NCBI GenBank assembly: GCA_043757615.1
Contig: JAYVPA010000138.1
Location: 1 to 57,225, forward strand
Direction: 5' to 3'
Length of the DNA: 57,225 nt
Source: Sphingobacteriales bacterium
GTDB taxonomy: Bacteria; Bacteroidota; Bacteroidia; Chitinophagales; JADIYW01
This document shows positions 29,501 to 34,759 of the stretch, piece by piece. Under the pieces are notes generated by a model that was given only the letters and a program-made list of their open reading frames with translations, had not been told where the DNA came from and searched no databases. The first letter of the stretch is position 1. The number at the start of each line of letters is the position of its first letter. A program made the translations under genes and the position numbers.

Positions 29501-30028
29501 ACAATAAGGTGTACACGTTTTTTTGTGATAATATACTGCATCCACTCGGGTATCCTTTGTGGCGCTGCTAGAAGTAAAACGAACATATCTGGCACCACTT
29601 GCATTATTGACAACATACGTATACGTTGAAAATGTGCTGAGGTTACTGTTATAACTCTGTACCGCTGAAAATGTAGTGCCATCAGATGAAACACTGACAT
29701 TCCAGGTAGCACCTTTCGTATCCGTTCCGCTAGCTAAAAAATAAATAGTATCAAGATTGGGCACATTATCTGTTAGGTCAATAGTAACCTGTCCTAATTT
29801 TGTCGTGTCGGCATTATGTTTAAGCGTAGTAAATTTAGCATCATCAATACCAAGTGCATTATCAGGAGCTGAAACGTAACCTGTATTGTTTACAGTATAA
29901 TTCTTGCCATATCCTGTATACTTATAAATTAATGAATAGCCGGGCGAACAGCTTACCTGCGCGCTTGTATTTCCCATCCATGCTATCAGGATAAGGAAAA
30001 GGTACTGGTGTAAAAACTTGATCTTCAT
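23516..30028 (-). CDS. giant (2170 aa) secreted adhesin-like protein with T9SS C-terminal sorting domain
   Basis: Signal peptide MKIKFLHQYLFLILIAWMGNTSAQ. Cadherin/VCBS-like modules (NVLSNDYDPNN..., ILANDDYTV...ILANDTG). SdrD-B-like module (GYVYADANTNNIKDGAETGVSGITV). Por-secretion-tail-like C-terminus (FMPNPTYN...KGLYLVQF). Confidence 0.85.
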   Translation of the reverse strand: MKIKFLHQYLFLILIAWMGNTSAQVSCSPGYSLIYKYTGYGKNYTVNNTGYVSAPDNALGIDDAKFTTLKHNADTTKLGQVTIDLTDNVPNLDTIYFLASGTDTKGATWNVSVSSDGTTFSAVQSYNSNLSTFSTYTYVVNNASGARYVRFTSSSATKDTRVDAVYYHKKTCTPYCMSGAITYSMGYATANPTTPNASTAANPDRSLGAPDQANFAKLDATGKVLYLDLGTVVPYGSNIQLFLAADAAATIANVDVTGSKNDTTFTSIQSYTTTMVQPNFTDFYYTVTQSAGIRYLKIISTTSIKADIDAVSYQFPNYWGSNYIEGYVYADANTNNIKDGAETGVSGITVTIAKDINNNGSYGPGDDVIQTTTTTSGGYYVFQRAVLDTNYLISVTTTTLPAGKVLEGTNAETAHFSTFNNTDCANNFGYAACAGNCPPVAADDYDLSYLGTANYLNVLSNDYDPNNNINTASLAVITQPKKGEVLVSNGVLIYTPVAVGNDTLTYRIGDLTSLWDTAQVVITVLSVVTDPCTEASKSHIFYIPAPEKDLKTAFSIADCHTLGTPTDTFRTIISLKCPYPGVVIFYDQWEDGYESNILDPQQTTTEVWGDGDIYNGVAPGYPTDIIPGGGSIILDNIFRANPRNTAQIYYDAKDKIFSTEDIAVSRISWNVSVRKEKQAYSTDVYDTQKFGTSFNIPIGSYTGSNYDFQYTALFVRAATNNTTVSIDKDNNGVVDTTVTLQEGDSYFQNGGVKAGAAVTSSSPVGVDVFFGDSVYCWNAKELNVLPASFYGDTYYTPVPTSQTAGNYDSSVVMFYNPFSQAITINATTSLGSAGSFVIPARGIFRYPLGIRGYKFKSSGGEVFVANELIDSWTFDGVYNGGDYDWSFALIPEARLTDFGSIAWAPGSSDLSINTAPVWVMPIAATTIYVKWDGNVNSTTGSTSPCGFKYDVSYTLGALVLQRLLDAADKDQSGLAVYDCNGVKLSMAYGEDPALASGIGFPNLDVGTSIQPFCLSKQILANDDYTVTQTDMPVTIPILANDTGFTAILDRTTVTTTGFLQPSHGTVSVNANGTLLYTPSTGYIGYDTLVYQVCSTPSPVCDYATVIIKVSSCPAYPLKNLIAGTVFLDDSKDGLLNNGEGGYTPAKVYLYTDGNCNATIDANELTDSVTVDASGTYQFIYYPQKTVADDFNDATGANRTCANGSDGNSAWASDWVDGGDVLSVGFCNNGATVANTDVEFIKDGAISYALRLKDKNRSATRTVDLSGTSAAYLSFTYRRKSTTFIATDTVKVQASSNGTTFTNILLITGNAAIDASYINVYNLNVLPYSSATTYIRFITGNSSTDADTVYIDNVSVKYLKYTQCYIVKLDSANAVPVNYVTTTPYKQNFTLTSAGTCVTRFNIGIASKSLQISGTLYNDNNGLADALVNGTAFDNPSGATMYAYLINSSGKVAAKDTFDSGNGTYKFTKASILTTYTVLISTANVAVGANAPSVSLPSKWGSVGENYGVNNTAGSGNEAGTPNSSITVTMGSVSNVTGVNFGIQKPDAGADKSACYGYGTNTVTMAATTTPGTWIPRYDNPGTATITSSTSATTTITNFTDGGTYNFIWTNGDVSDTASVIISMPDAGKDFPFCGGSGAALTGNYTTGVWTAQAGNPAGSSLSSTVAGNATATYTNAATGLFKYIFTVNGCADTAQLSLSPKPNAGSASNTIAGCMSVKGYIGQLTATNPSPNSGAWSIVSGPGIISTPSSYLSGIDSLSRTGVSTTIKWVVIDALSCRDSVTTVLAPPAIDSAYVSKYSTQYCLTCPAQNGNTFSYYDLNGKLLARVTDSADAVAIGSTTFCGQLPYAVAGNPVAADVRSVASYIRDVGNVPQPYLPRAWNINTTNDAPMTIKLYFTDEELAALTSKTTQNGGYFDFGGNASRLLLVAYPNKSDTFIPPATPNGVVYRPTFARVGSYWEATFNTNKSATFYLYPTYWANGYALPVELIDFSATAVQDENLIRLDWSTASEINNSKFEIERSYDSKNFSKIAEQKGAGNSSGTKSYVLDDKEVVAGQIYYYRLKQVDNNGHFTYSKIVSAILSAKNDFSVSEFMPNPTYNLSVVKVMSPQQVDMSVKIFTVDGSLVKEDFYPLNKGETEITLEMNNLAKGLYLVQFNYKDMMEMRKLMKLP

Positions 30029-30224
30029 AAATAGGGTTATTATGTTAATGTGTTATGTTTCTATCTGAAAAGAACCAAAATCTGACTGAAGGGCTTTGTC
30101 TTTTATCTGTTAATCGAATACTTATAAAGTATTATATTCAAAAACAGTTAACAGAAAAAATAATAAAACTTAGATGTTACAGGTCGTTAAATTTTGTTTC
30201 TTAAATATCAAAAAAGTTTTTAAA

Positions 30225-30256
30225 AAGGGTTTTATAAGGGTTTTATAAGGGTTTAT
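30225..30256. repeat. three tandem copies of an 11-bp unit (aagggttttat x2, aagggtttat)
   Basis: Read directly from the sequence. It lies in the 394-bp divergent intergenic region between the two T9SS cargo genes. Confidence 0.9.
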
Positions 30257-30351
30257 CAACAGCAAAGATAATTGAAATATTTTAATATGTCAACATATTT
30301 GTGAAAAAAAATATAAAATAATCACAAACGAAATTAATCGACGTAAAAAGA

Positions 30352-30382
30352 TTGACATACTCATTATTTTGATATAGCTTTG
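30352..30382 (+). promoter_or_regulatory. candidate Bacteroidota-type promoter for the M14 peptidase gene
   Basis: TTGaca at 30352 and TAgcTTTG (TAnnTTTG -7 box) at 30375-30382 with ~20-nt spacing. About 85-105 nt upstream of the candidate start codons. Confidence 0.35.
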
Positions 30383-30422
30383 CATAAACTCAATTCATAC
30401 AACCCTTTAAACACTTTATCTT

Positions 30423-32651
30423 ATGGGAAAAATCCTTTTAAATCCGGCTGATTGCTGCCGTCGAATTATGTACATAAAAAATTTAAAGATGCTCAATTCT
30501 TTTATTTTGACGTTGTTTTTAAGCGCAACATCTTTTATTTCTTTTGCTCAAAACGTCGAAAAAACTGCTGCATCTGCAGTTAAGCCTTTAGAAATCTATT
30601 CAAGAGTACAAGTTGCTGCAAACGATTTACAGCGTGCAAAAATGTATGAAGCTATCGGATTTGACCATTTGCTGATTCAGCCTGATGGTTCTTTTATCGG
30701 TGAATTTTCACAAAGCGAAATCAGCAAGATGACCGAACTGGGTGCAAAAGTGAAAGTTTTAATCCCCGATGTAGTAAAAGATTTTATAACAAAGAATAAT
30801 AAAAAGAGGATTTCAAATATCAACTCAGACCTTACCTTGCCTAACGGATTTACATATGGCAGCATGGGAGGTTATCTTACATTTGATGAAGTGGTTGCAA
30901 AGCTGGATCAACTTAGAACCATGTATCCTAATCTTATTACAATAAAACAATCCATCGGAAAAAGTACGGAGAACCGTGATTTATGGGTGGTTAAGATTTC
31001 TGACAATCCGGATATTGATGAAAATGAACCAAAGGTGTTTTTTAATGCACTTACACACGCGAGAGAGCCGGCAGGTATGATGCAAATGATTTATTATATG
31101 TGTTATATCCTTCAGAATTATAATGCAGACCCTGAAATAAAACATTTAATAGATAATCGTGAATTATACTTCGAGCCGGTGGTTAATCCGGATGGATATG
31201 AATATAACCGTTCGTTAAATGCAAGCGGCGGTGGTATGTGGCGAAAGAACCGATATAAAGTAACAAATACCACCACTACTGTGAGTAATTGCAAAACGGT
31301 TATTACAGGTACGTTATGTGATACGACATGGAAAACAACCACACCATATACAACCAGTAATTGTCGAAATATTACCACAACAAAATGTGATACTTCCTGG
31401 AATAAATCACACACTACTTATACACTTAAAAATTGCAGAAGCACTACAGTTAAAGTCTGTGATACAACATGGGGAGCTTCTGTAAACACTTATACAACCA
31501 GTAATTGCCGTAATACAACCAAGACTACCTGTGATACTACACGCACTTCCAGCTCTACTGTTTATGGCGTAGACTTAAACAGAAATTACGGATATAAATG
31601 GGGATTTGATAATACAGGAAGCAGTGCTACAAATACGTCCGATACTTACAGAGGTCCGTATGCTTTTTCTGAACCAGAACTAATTGCCGTAAGGGATTTT
31701 AGTATTTTAAAACAATTTAAAGAAGTTTCCAATCAACACACTCCAGGGAATGATCTTACCTATCCTTTTAGCTATAATAATTCAGTTGTAAATCCTGAAC
31801 AGGCATTTTATAATCTCAAGAATAGTTTAGCAACAGAAGATAACCACTTTACCATCGGTCATATGCTGCAGACTCAAGGTTATTTAGCGAATGGTGAAGC
31901 AAGCGACTGGCAATTTGGTGACCAGATTACAAAACCAAAAGCTTATTCCTGGACTCCGGAATTAGGAACCACTTTCTGGCCAACACAAGCCGAAATTGAA
32001 CCGTTGTGCTTAACAAACATTCGAATGAATGATAATATTGCCTGGATGGCTGCTGAATATTTCAGATACTCTGCAAATGCGGGTTTAAATACAACTTCTG
32101 CAACTTTCACTGTACCTGTAACAATTATTAATTACGGTGATAACAGTGGCTCAGTAGAAACTATTAAATTTATACCTTTATCTGTATCAACAAGTACATC
32201 AACCGGAAATGATTCGATATCATTAAATGGTATAACTCCGGGTATGACCACTACCAAAAATCTTACATTAAGTCTTTCAGGCTATAGTGGAACAGGAACC
32301 ATAAGTGGCGTACTGCGAATTTCATACTCCGACGGGTACACACAAGATAAACCATTTAGTTTTACGTACGCACTTCCACTCGGATTGAGAAAGCAAGCAA
32401 CAACAACTGACGCAAAAAAAGTGAATGATATCTATTCTTTATATCCGAATCCGACAGGCAGTTTATTTCATATAAATTCAACAAATAATGAAGTACCTGT
32501 TTCTGTTTCCGTTTATGATATGAATGGAAGTATTATGAAAACAATACAGAACACCAACGACGTTGACTTATCCGGTCTGGCTAACGGTATCTATACAATC
32601 AGAATAGAAACAACAAGTGGGATTATTGACAAAAAAATTACCAAGCAATAA
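30423..32651 (+). CDS. M14 family zinc carboxypeptidase with internal Cys-rich repeat insertion and T9SS C-terminal sorting domain
   Basis: HAREP (HxxE zinc site), WRKNR, GVDLNRNY, and the C-terminal YPNPTGSLFHINS...GIYTIRIET. The more likely start is 30468 or 30489 (MLNSFILTLFLSATSFISFAQN signal peptide). Confidence 0.85.
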   Translation: MGKILLNPADCCRRIMYIKNLKMLNSFILTLFLSATSFISFAQNVEKTAASAVKPLEIYSRVQVAANDLQRAKMYEAIGFDHLLIQPDGSFIGEFSQSEISKMTELGAKVKVLIPDVVKDFITKNNKKRISNINSDLTLPNGFTYGSMGGYLTFDEVVAKLDQLRTMYPNLITIKQSIGKSTENRDLWVVKISDNPDIDENEPKVFFNALTHAREPAGMMQMIYYMCYILQNYNADPEIKHLIDNRELYFEPVVNPDGYEYNRSLNASGGGMWRKNRYKVTNTTTTVSNCKTVITGTLCDTTWKTTTPYTTSNCRNITTTKCDTSWNKSHTTYTLKNCRSTTVKVCDTTWGASVNTYTTSNCRNTTKTTCDTTRTSSSTVYGVDLNRNYGYKWGFDNTGSSATNTSDTYRGPYAFSEPELIAVRDFSILKQFKEVSNQHTPGNDLTYPFSYNNSVVNPEQAFYNLKNSLATEDNHFTIGHMLQTQGYLANGEASDWQFGDQITKPKAYSWTPELGTTFWPTQAEIEPLCLTNIRMNDNIAWMAAEYFRYSANAGLNTTSATFTVPVTIINYGDNSGSVETIKFIPLSVSTSTSTGNDSISLNGITPGMTTTKNLTLSLSGYSGTGTISGVLRISYSDGYTQDKPFSFTYALPLGLRKQATTTDAKKVNDIYSLYPNPTGSLFHINSTNNEVPVSVSVYDMNGSIMKTIQNTNDVDLSGLANGIYTIRIETTSGIIDKKITKQ

Positions 32652-32675
32652 AACAAACTAAAATTATTTTATACT

Positions 32676-32709
32676 AAAAAAAACACTGCTCATGAGCAGT
32701 GTTTTTTTT
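32676..32709 (+). terminator. bidirectional rho-independent terminator after the M14 gene
   Basis: aaaaaaaa-cactgct-catg-agcagtg-tttttttt: a perfect 7-8 bp stem flanked by an A-run and a T-run. Confidence 0.75.
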
Positions 32710-32733
32710 AGTTTTTGATAATGAGATTTAAGA

Positions 32734-32763
32734 ATATTACTTCTCAGGTCACATTTGAGGGAA
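32734..32763. repeat. att-like direct repeat C (degenerate copy of the lysS 3' end), distal island boundary
   Basis: atattacttctcaggtcAcatttgAggGaa matches 43002-43031 at 27 of 30 positions. On the minus strand it reads FFPQM then TGA, so the coding potential is decayed. Confidence 0.75.
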
Positions 32764-32765
32764 AA

Positions 32766-32841
32766 AGAAAAGATGAGTGATAATTGGAATTGCCAATGTA
32801 AACATCGCGAGTAAAAAACAGTGAAAAACAAAATTTATCTT
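32766..32841 (-). pseudogene. fragment copy of the first 24 codons of the batA-like gene (start codon mutated ATG to ATA)
   Basis: 69 of 76 nt identical to 23343-23418 by my manual alignment. Minus-strand reading is INFVFHCFLLAMFTLAIPIITHLFFFPQM*, against MNFVFPWFLLALFTLAIPIIIHLFYF in the intact gene. Confidence 0.8.
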
Positions 32842-32912
32842 GTCTTGTGTTTAAAGATAGGAAATAGTGATTAGATATGAGTTAACAGTTAACAGTTTTT
32901 TTAGGAATTCGA

Positions 32913-33221
32913 TTAATATAAACTCGAAGCTAAGACAATTTGATGCACATAAAGATACTTGCTGTCTGTTTTAAAAATGATAATCCAATTATCAATTGCT
33001 ATACAACTGAAATCATTTGCGGCATAAACCTTATGCCGACATAATGCATATTTAATGGGTTGTGTGTATTTTTTGATTTTCTTTAGAAATCTATCTTTCC
33101 ATCTTTGTCCTGAACCTTTCGTATTGGTTTGTTCAACAAAGAGAGCAACATTTGTAAGTGATTTTTTAGCTAAAGCACTATATTTTACTTGCAAATGATT
33201 TCTTCTTTTGAATTTTTGCAA
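32913..33221 (-). CDS. putative ParE/RelE-family type II toxin
   Basis: ~95-102 aa and overlaps the upstream small ORF. KYSALAKKSLTNVALFVEQ resembles the ParE/RelE N-terminal helix pattern, and WIIIFKTDSKYLYVHQIV resembles the C-terminal beta strands. Assigned by pattern only. Confidence 0.4.
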   Translation of the reverse strand: MQKFKRRNHLQVKYSALAKKSLTNVALFVEQTNTKGSGQRWKDRFLKKIKKYTQPIKYALCRHKVYAANDFSCIAIDNWIIIFKTDSKYLYVHQIVLASSLY

Positions 33222-33396
33222 TTTCTTTATCTATTGATTCTTTCACTTCTTCTTCTGTAAAAAACTCATCATTCTCATGTTCTTTGATAAGTAAAGAAAT
33301 TTCTTCATCAGTAAATTTTCTACCAATGCCGAAAGCCAAATCATGTGCAGTAAGTTTACGAATAGACTCTTTAGTGGATGTTTTAGAAATTGTCAT
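33178..33396 (-). CDS. putative antitoxin (small acidic protein upstream of the toxin-like ORF)
   Basis: 72 aa, charged. Overlaps the downstream toxin-like ORF, which is classic type II TA gene organisation. Confidence 0.35.
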   Translation of the reverse strand: MTISKTSTKESIRKLTAHDLAFGIGRKFTDEEISLLIKEHENDEFFTEEEVKESIDKEIAKIQKKKSFASKI

Positions 33397-33630
33397 AAAT
33401 AAATTTAAGAAGAAAAAGTTAGAATTGCAATGGGGATTTTGTCTGAACCACAGATTATACTGATTTAAGGATAGTTATGATTTTTATTTACTCACTAAAC
33501 ATTTTAGATTTACTGTACAAATCGTCAATATCTAATTTGTCAGTCATTTTTATAAATAATTTCTGCTTTTTATGTTTGAAGTAATTTTAAACAAAAACAA
33601 ATAAATTTCTTGTTTCTTCACTAAATTTAT

Positions 33631-34020
33631 CTATATCAGTAACATATTTAATTCGTGTAGAAAACTGTATATACTTTTTTTATTTAAATCAGGATTTAAG
33701 TAACACCATAAAAGAACTTCTTCATTTTCTATATTATAATGATGAGCGTTGTATTTATTTCGCATATTTATTATTTTATTATGCAAACCACTCATGATAT
33801 TTTTAACATTTTTATTCTCTTCAGAAAATATCGGATTATTATTCAAGAAAGTCAAAATCTGTATCCATTCAATTTTTGTTCCATCACGAGAAGCAAAACA
33901 TTTTCCGTACGTTATTATTGCTGTTATTAATAATTTGTGTTTTAATTTTTTTGATAATTTTTCATCTTTAATTGAACTTAACTTCTGAATATCTTCTATG
34001 CATTCTATACATATATCCAA
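33631..34020 (-). CDS. hypothetical protein, possibly the 3' part of a frameshifted gene
   Basis: The frame is open upstream to 34119 without an ATG (the track start is TTG). A separate short ORF (MDDLGETRYDNELGNILL*) starts at 34163 in another frame and ends at 34107, so one indel in 34110-34119 would fuse them. Confidence 0.35.
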   Translation of the reverse strand: MDICIECIEDIQKLSSIKDEKLSKKLKHKLLITAIITYGKCFASRDGTKIEWIQILTFLNNNPIFSEENKNVKNIMSGLHNKIINMRNKYNAHHYNIENEEVLLWCYLNPDLNKKSIYSFLHELNMLLI

Positions 34021-34182
34021 ATCTTTACAAAGTAAATTATATGCTTTGTATTGTTTTGAAAATTTAGAATTAATTATGACATAATTACATGGCTTGCCAT
34101 CAATTCTTACAACAGGATATTACCAAGTTCGTTGTCATATCTTGTTTCTCCTAAATCATCCATAATAGAAATTGTTTATTTC

Positions 34183-34208
34183 TACTTCTCAGGTCGCATT
34201 TGCGGAAA
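34183..34208. repeat. att-like direct repeat B (copy of the lysS 3' end), left boundary of the integrase-bearing island
   Basis: tacttctcaggtcGcatttgcggaaa matches 43006-43031 at 25 of 26 positions. The minus strand still reads FFPQMRPEK*, with synonymous CGA for AGA and TAG for TAA. Confidence 0.8.
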
Positions 34209-34316
34209 AAAGACCAGTCATTAAGGTAAGAGATTTATTTATAATAGGTTATGAGGATTTTCATTTTTCGAGTTACAAATAAGTAACAAGTTGGTGGAAG
34301 TAATAAGATGTAAAAT

Positions 34317-34739
34317 CTAAGTATATTCAATTTCAAATTTTCCATTAGATGTATCTAAAAATAATTCTGATGTAACATCAATATTTGACCATCTAATAAT
34401 AAATTGACTAGTTGAAAAATATTTATTTAATAAATCTTCGACGTGCAATCTTGCCTCGTTGGTATTATCTATATCAACATCACTTTCTCCAGTTAGGATA
34501 GCTCCTCCACAGGCATAAACTTTAACTAAGTCTTTATTATATCTCTTTAATGAATTAATAATAAACTCCTCCATATCATTGCTATGATTAGGACTTGGTT
34601 GATGTATCATTGAACCTGCCTTTTGAATAGGGTCATAAATACCAACTGCTATACATGGTCCCATACCATTTGAGCAAATTATTTCAGGTGATTTTGCATA
34701 TCCTACTTCAAACATATTAATCTGTATACCATATGTCAT
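34317..34739 (-). CDS. CheD-like cysteine deamidase-fold protein (outside any chemotaxis context)
   Basis: INMFEVGYAKSPEIICSNGMGPCIAVGIYDPIQKAGSMIHQPSP aligns with CheD of T. maritima (IGIGEYAVMKNPGVIVTLGLGSCVAVCMRDPVAKVGAMAHVMLP) and of B. subtilis. The catalytic Cys and His are present, and Thr is replaced by Ser at position -6. The later GGA motif (VYACGGAIL vs KIAGGASMF) is conserved. 140 aa, similar to CheD. Confidence 0.65.
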   Translation of the reverse strand: MTYGIQINMFEVGYAKSPEIICSNGMGPCIAVGIYDPIQKAGSMIHQPSPNHSNDMEEFIINSLKRYNKDLVKVYACGGAILTGESDVDIDNTNEARLHVEDLLNKYFSTSQFIIRWSNIDVTSELFLDTSNGKFEIEYT

Positions 34740-34759
34740 TTTAATAAATATTCATTAAG

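Larger units (their letters stand above)
32734..34208 (-). mobile_element. ~1.45-kb decayed island remnant between att copies C and B (tandem accretion at the lysS site)
   Basis: Bounded by two copies of the lysS 3'-end repeat. AT-rich. Contains only a toxin/antitoxin-like pair, a probably disrupted ORF and a batA 5' fragment, with no integrase. Confidence 0.6.

Noticed and set aside
31118-31414. Minus-strand ORF 31118-31414 with a VVV/HVV-rich translation
   Set aside because: It is the antisense reading of the Thr/Cys repeat insertion of the M14 gene, an artefact of the repeat composition.
33739-33988. Plus-strand ORFs 33739-33930 and 33749-33988, and 40088-40489 and 41423-41641, in the island
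   Set aside because: They are antisense to longer co-directional island ORFs. In ~25-30% GC DNA, stop-free antisense frames of this size arise easily, and none has a motif.
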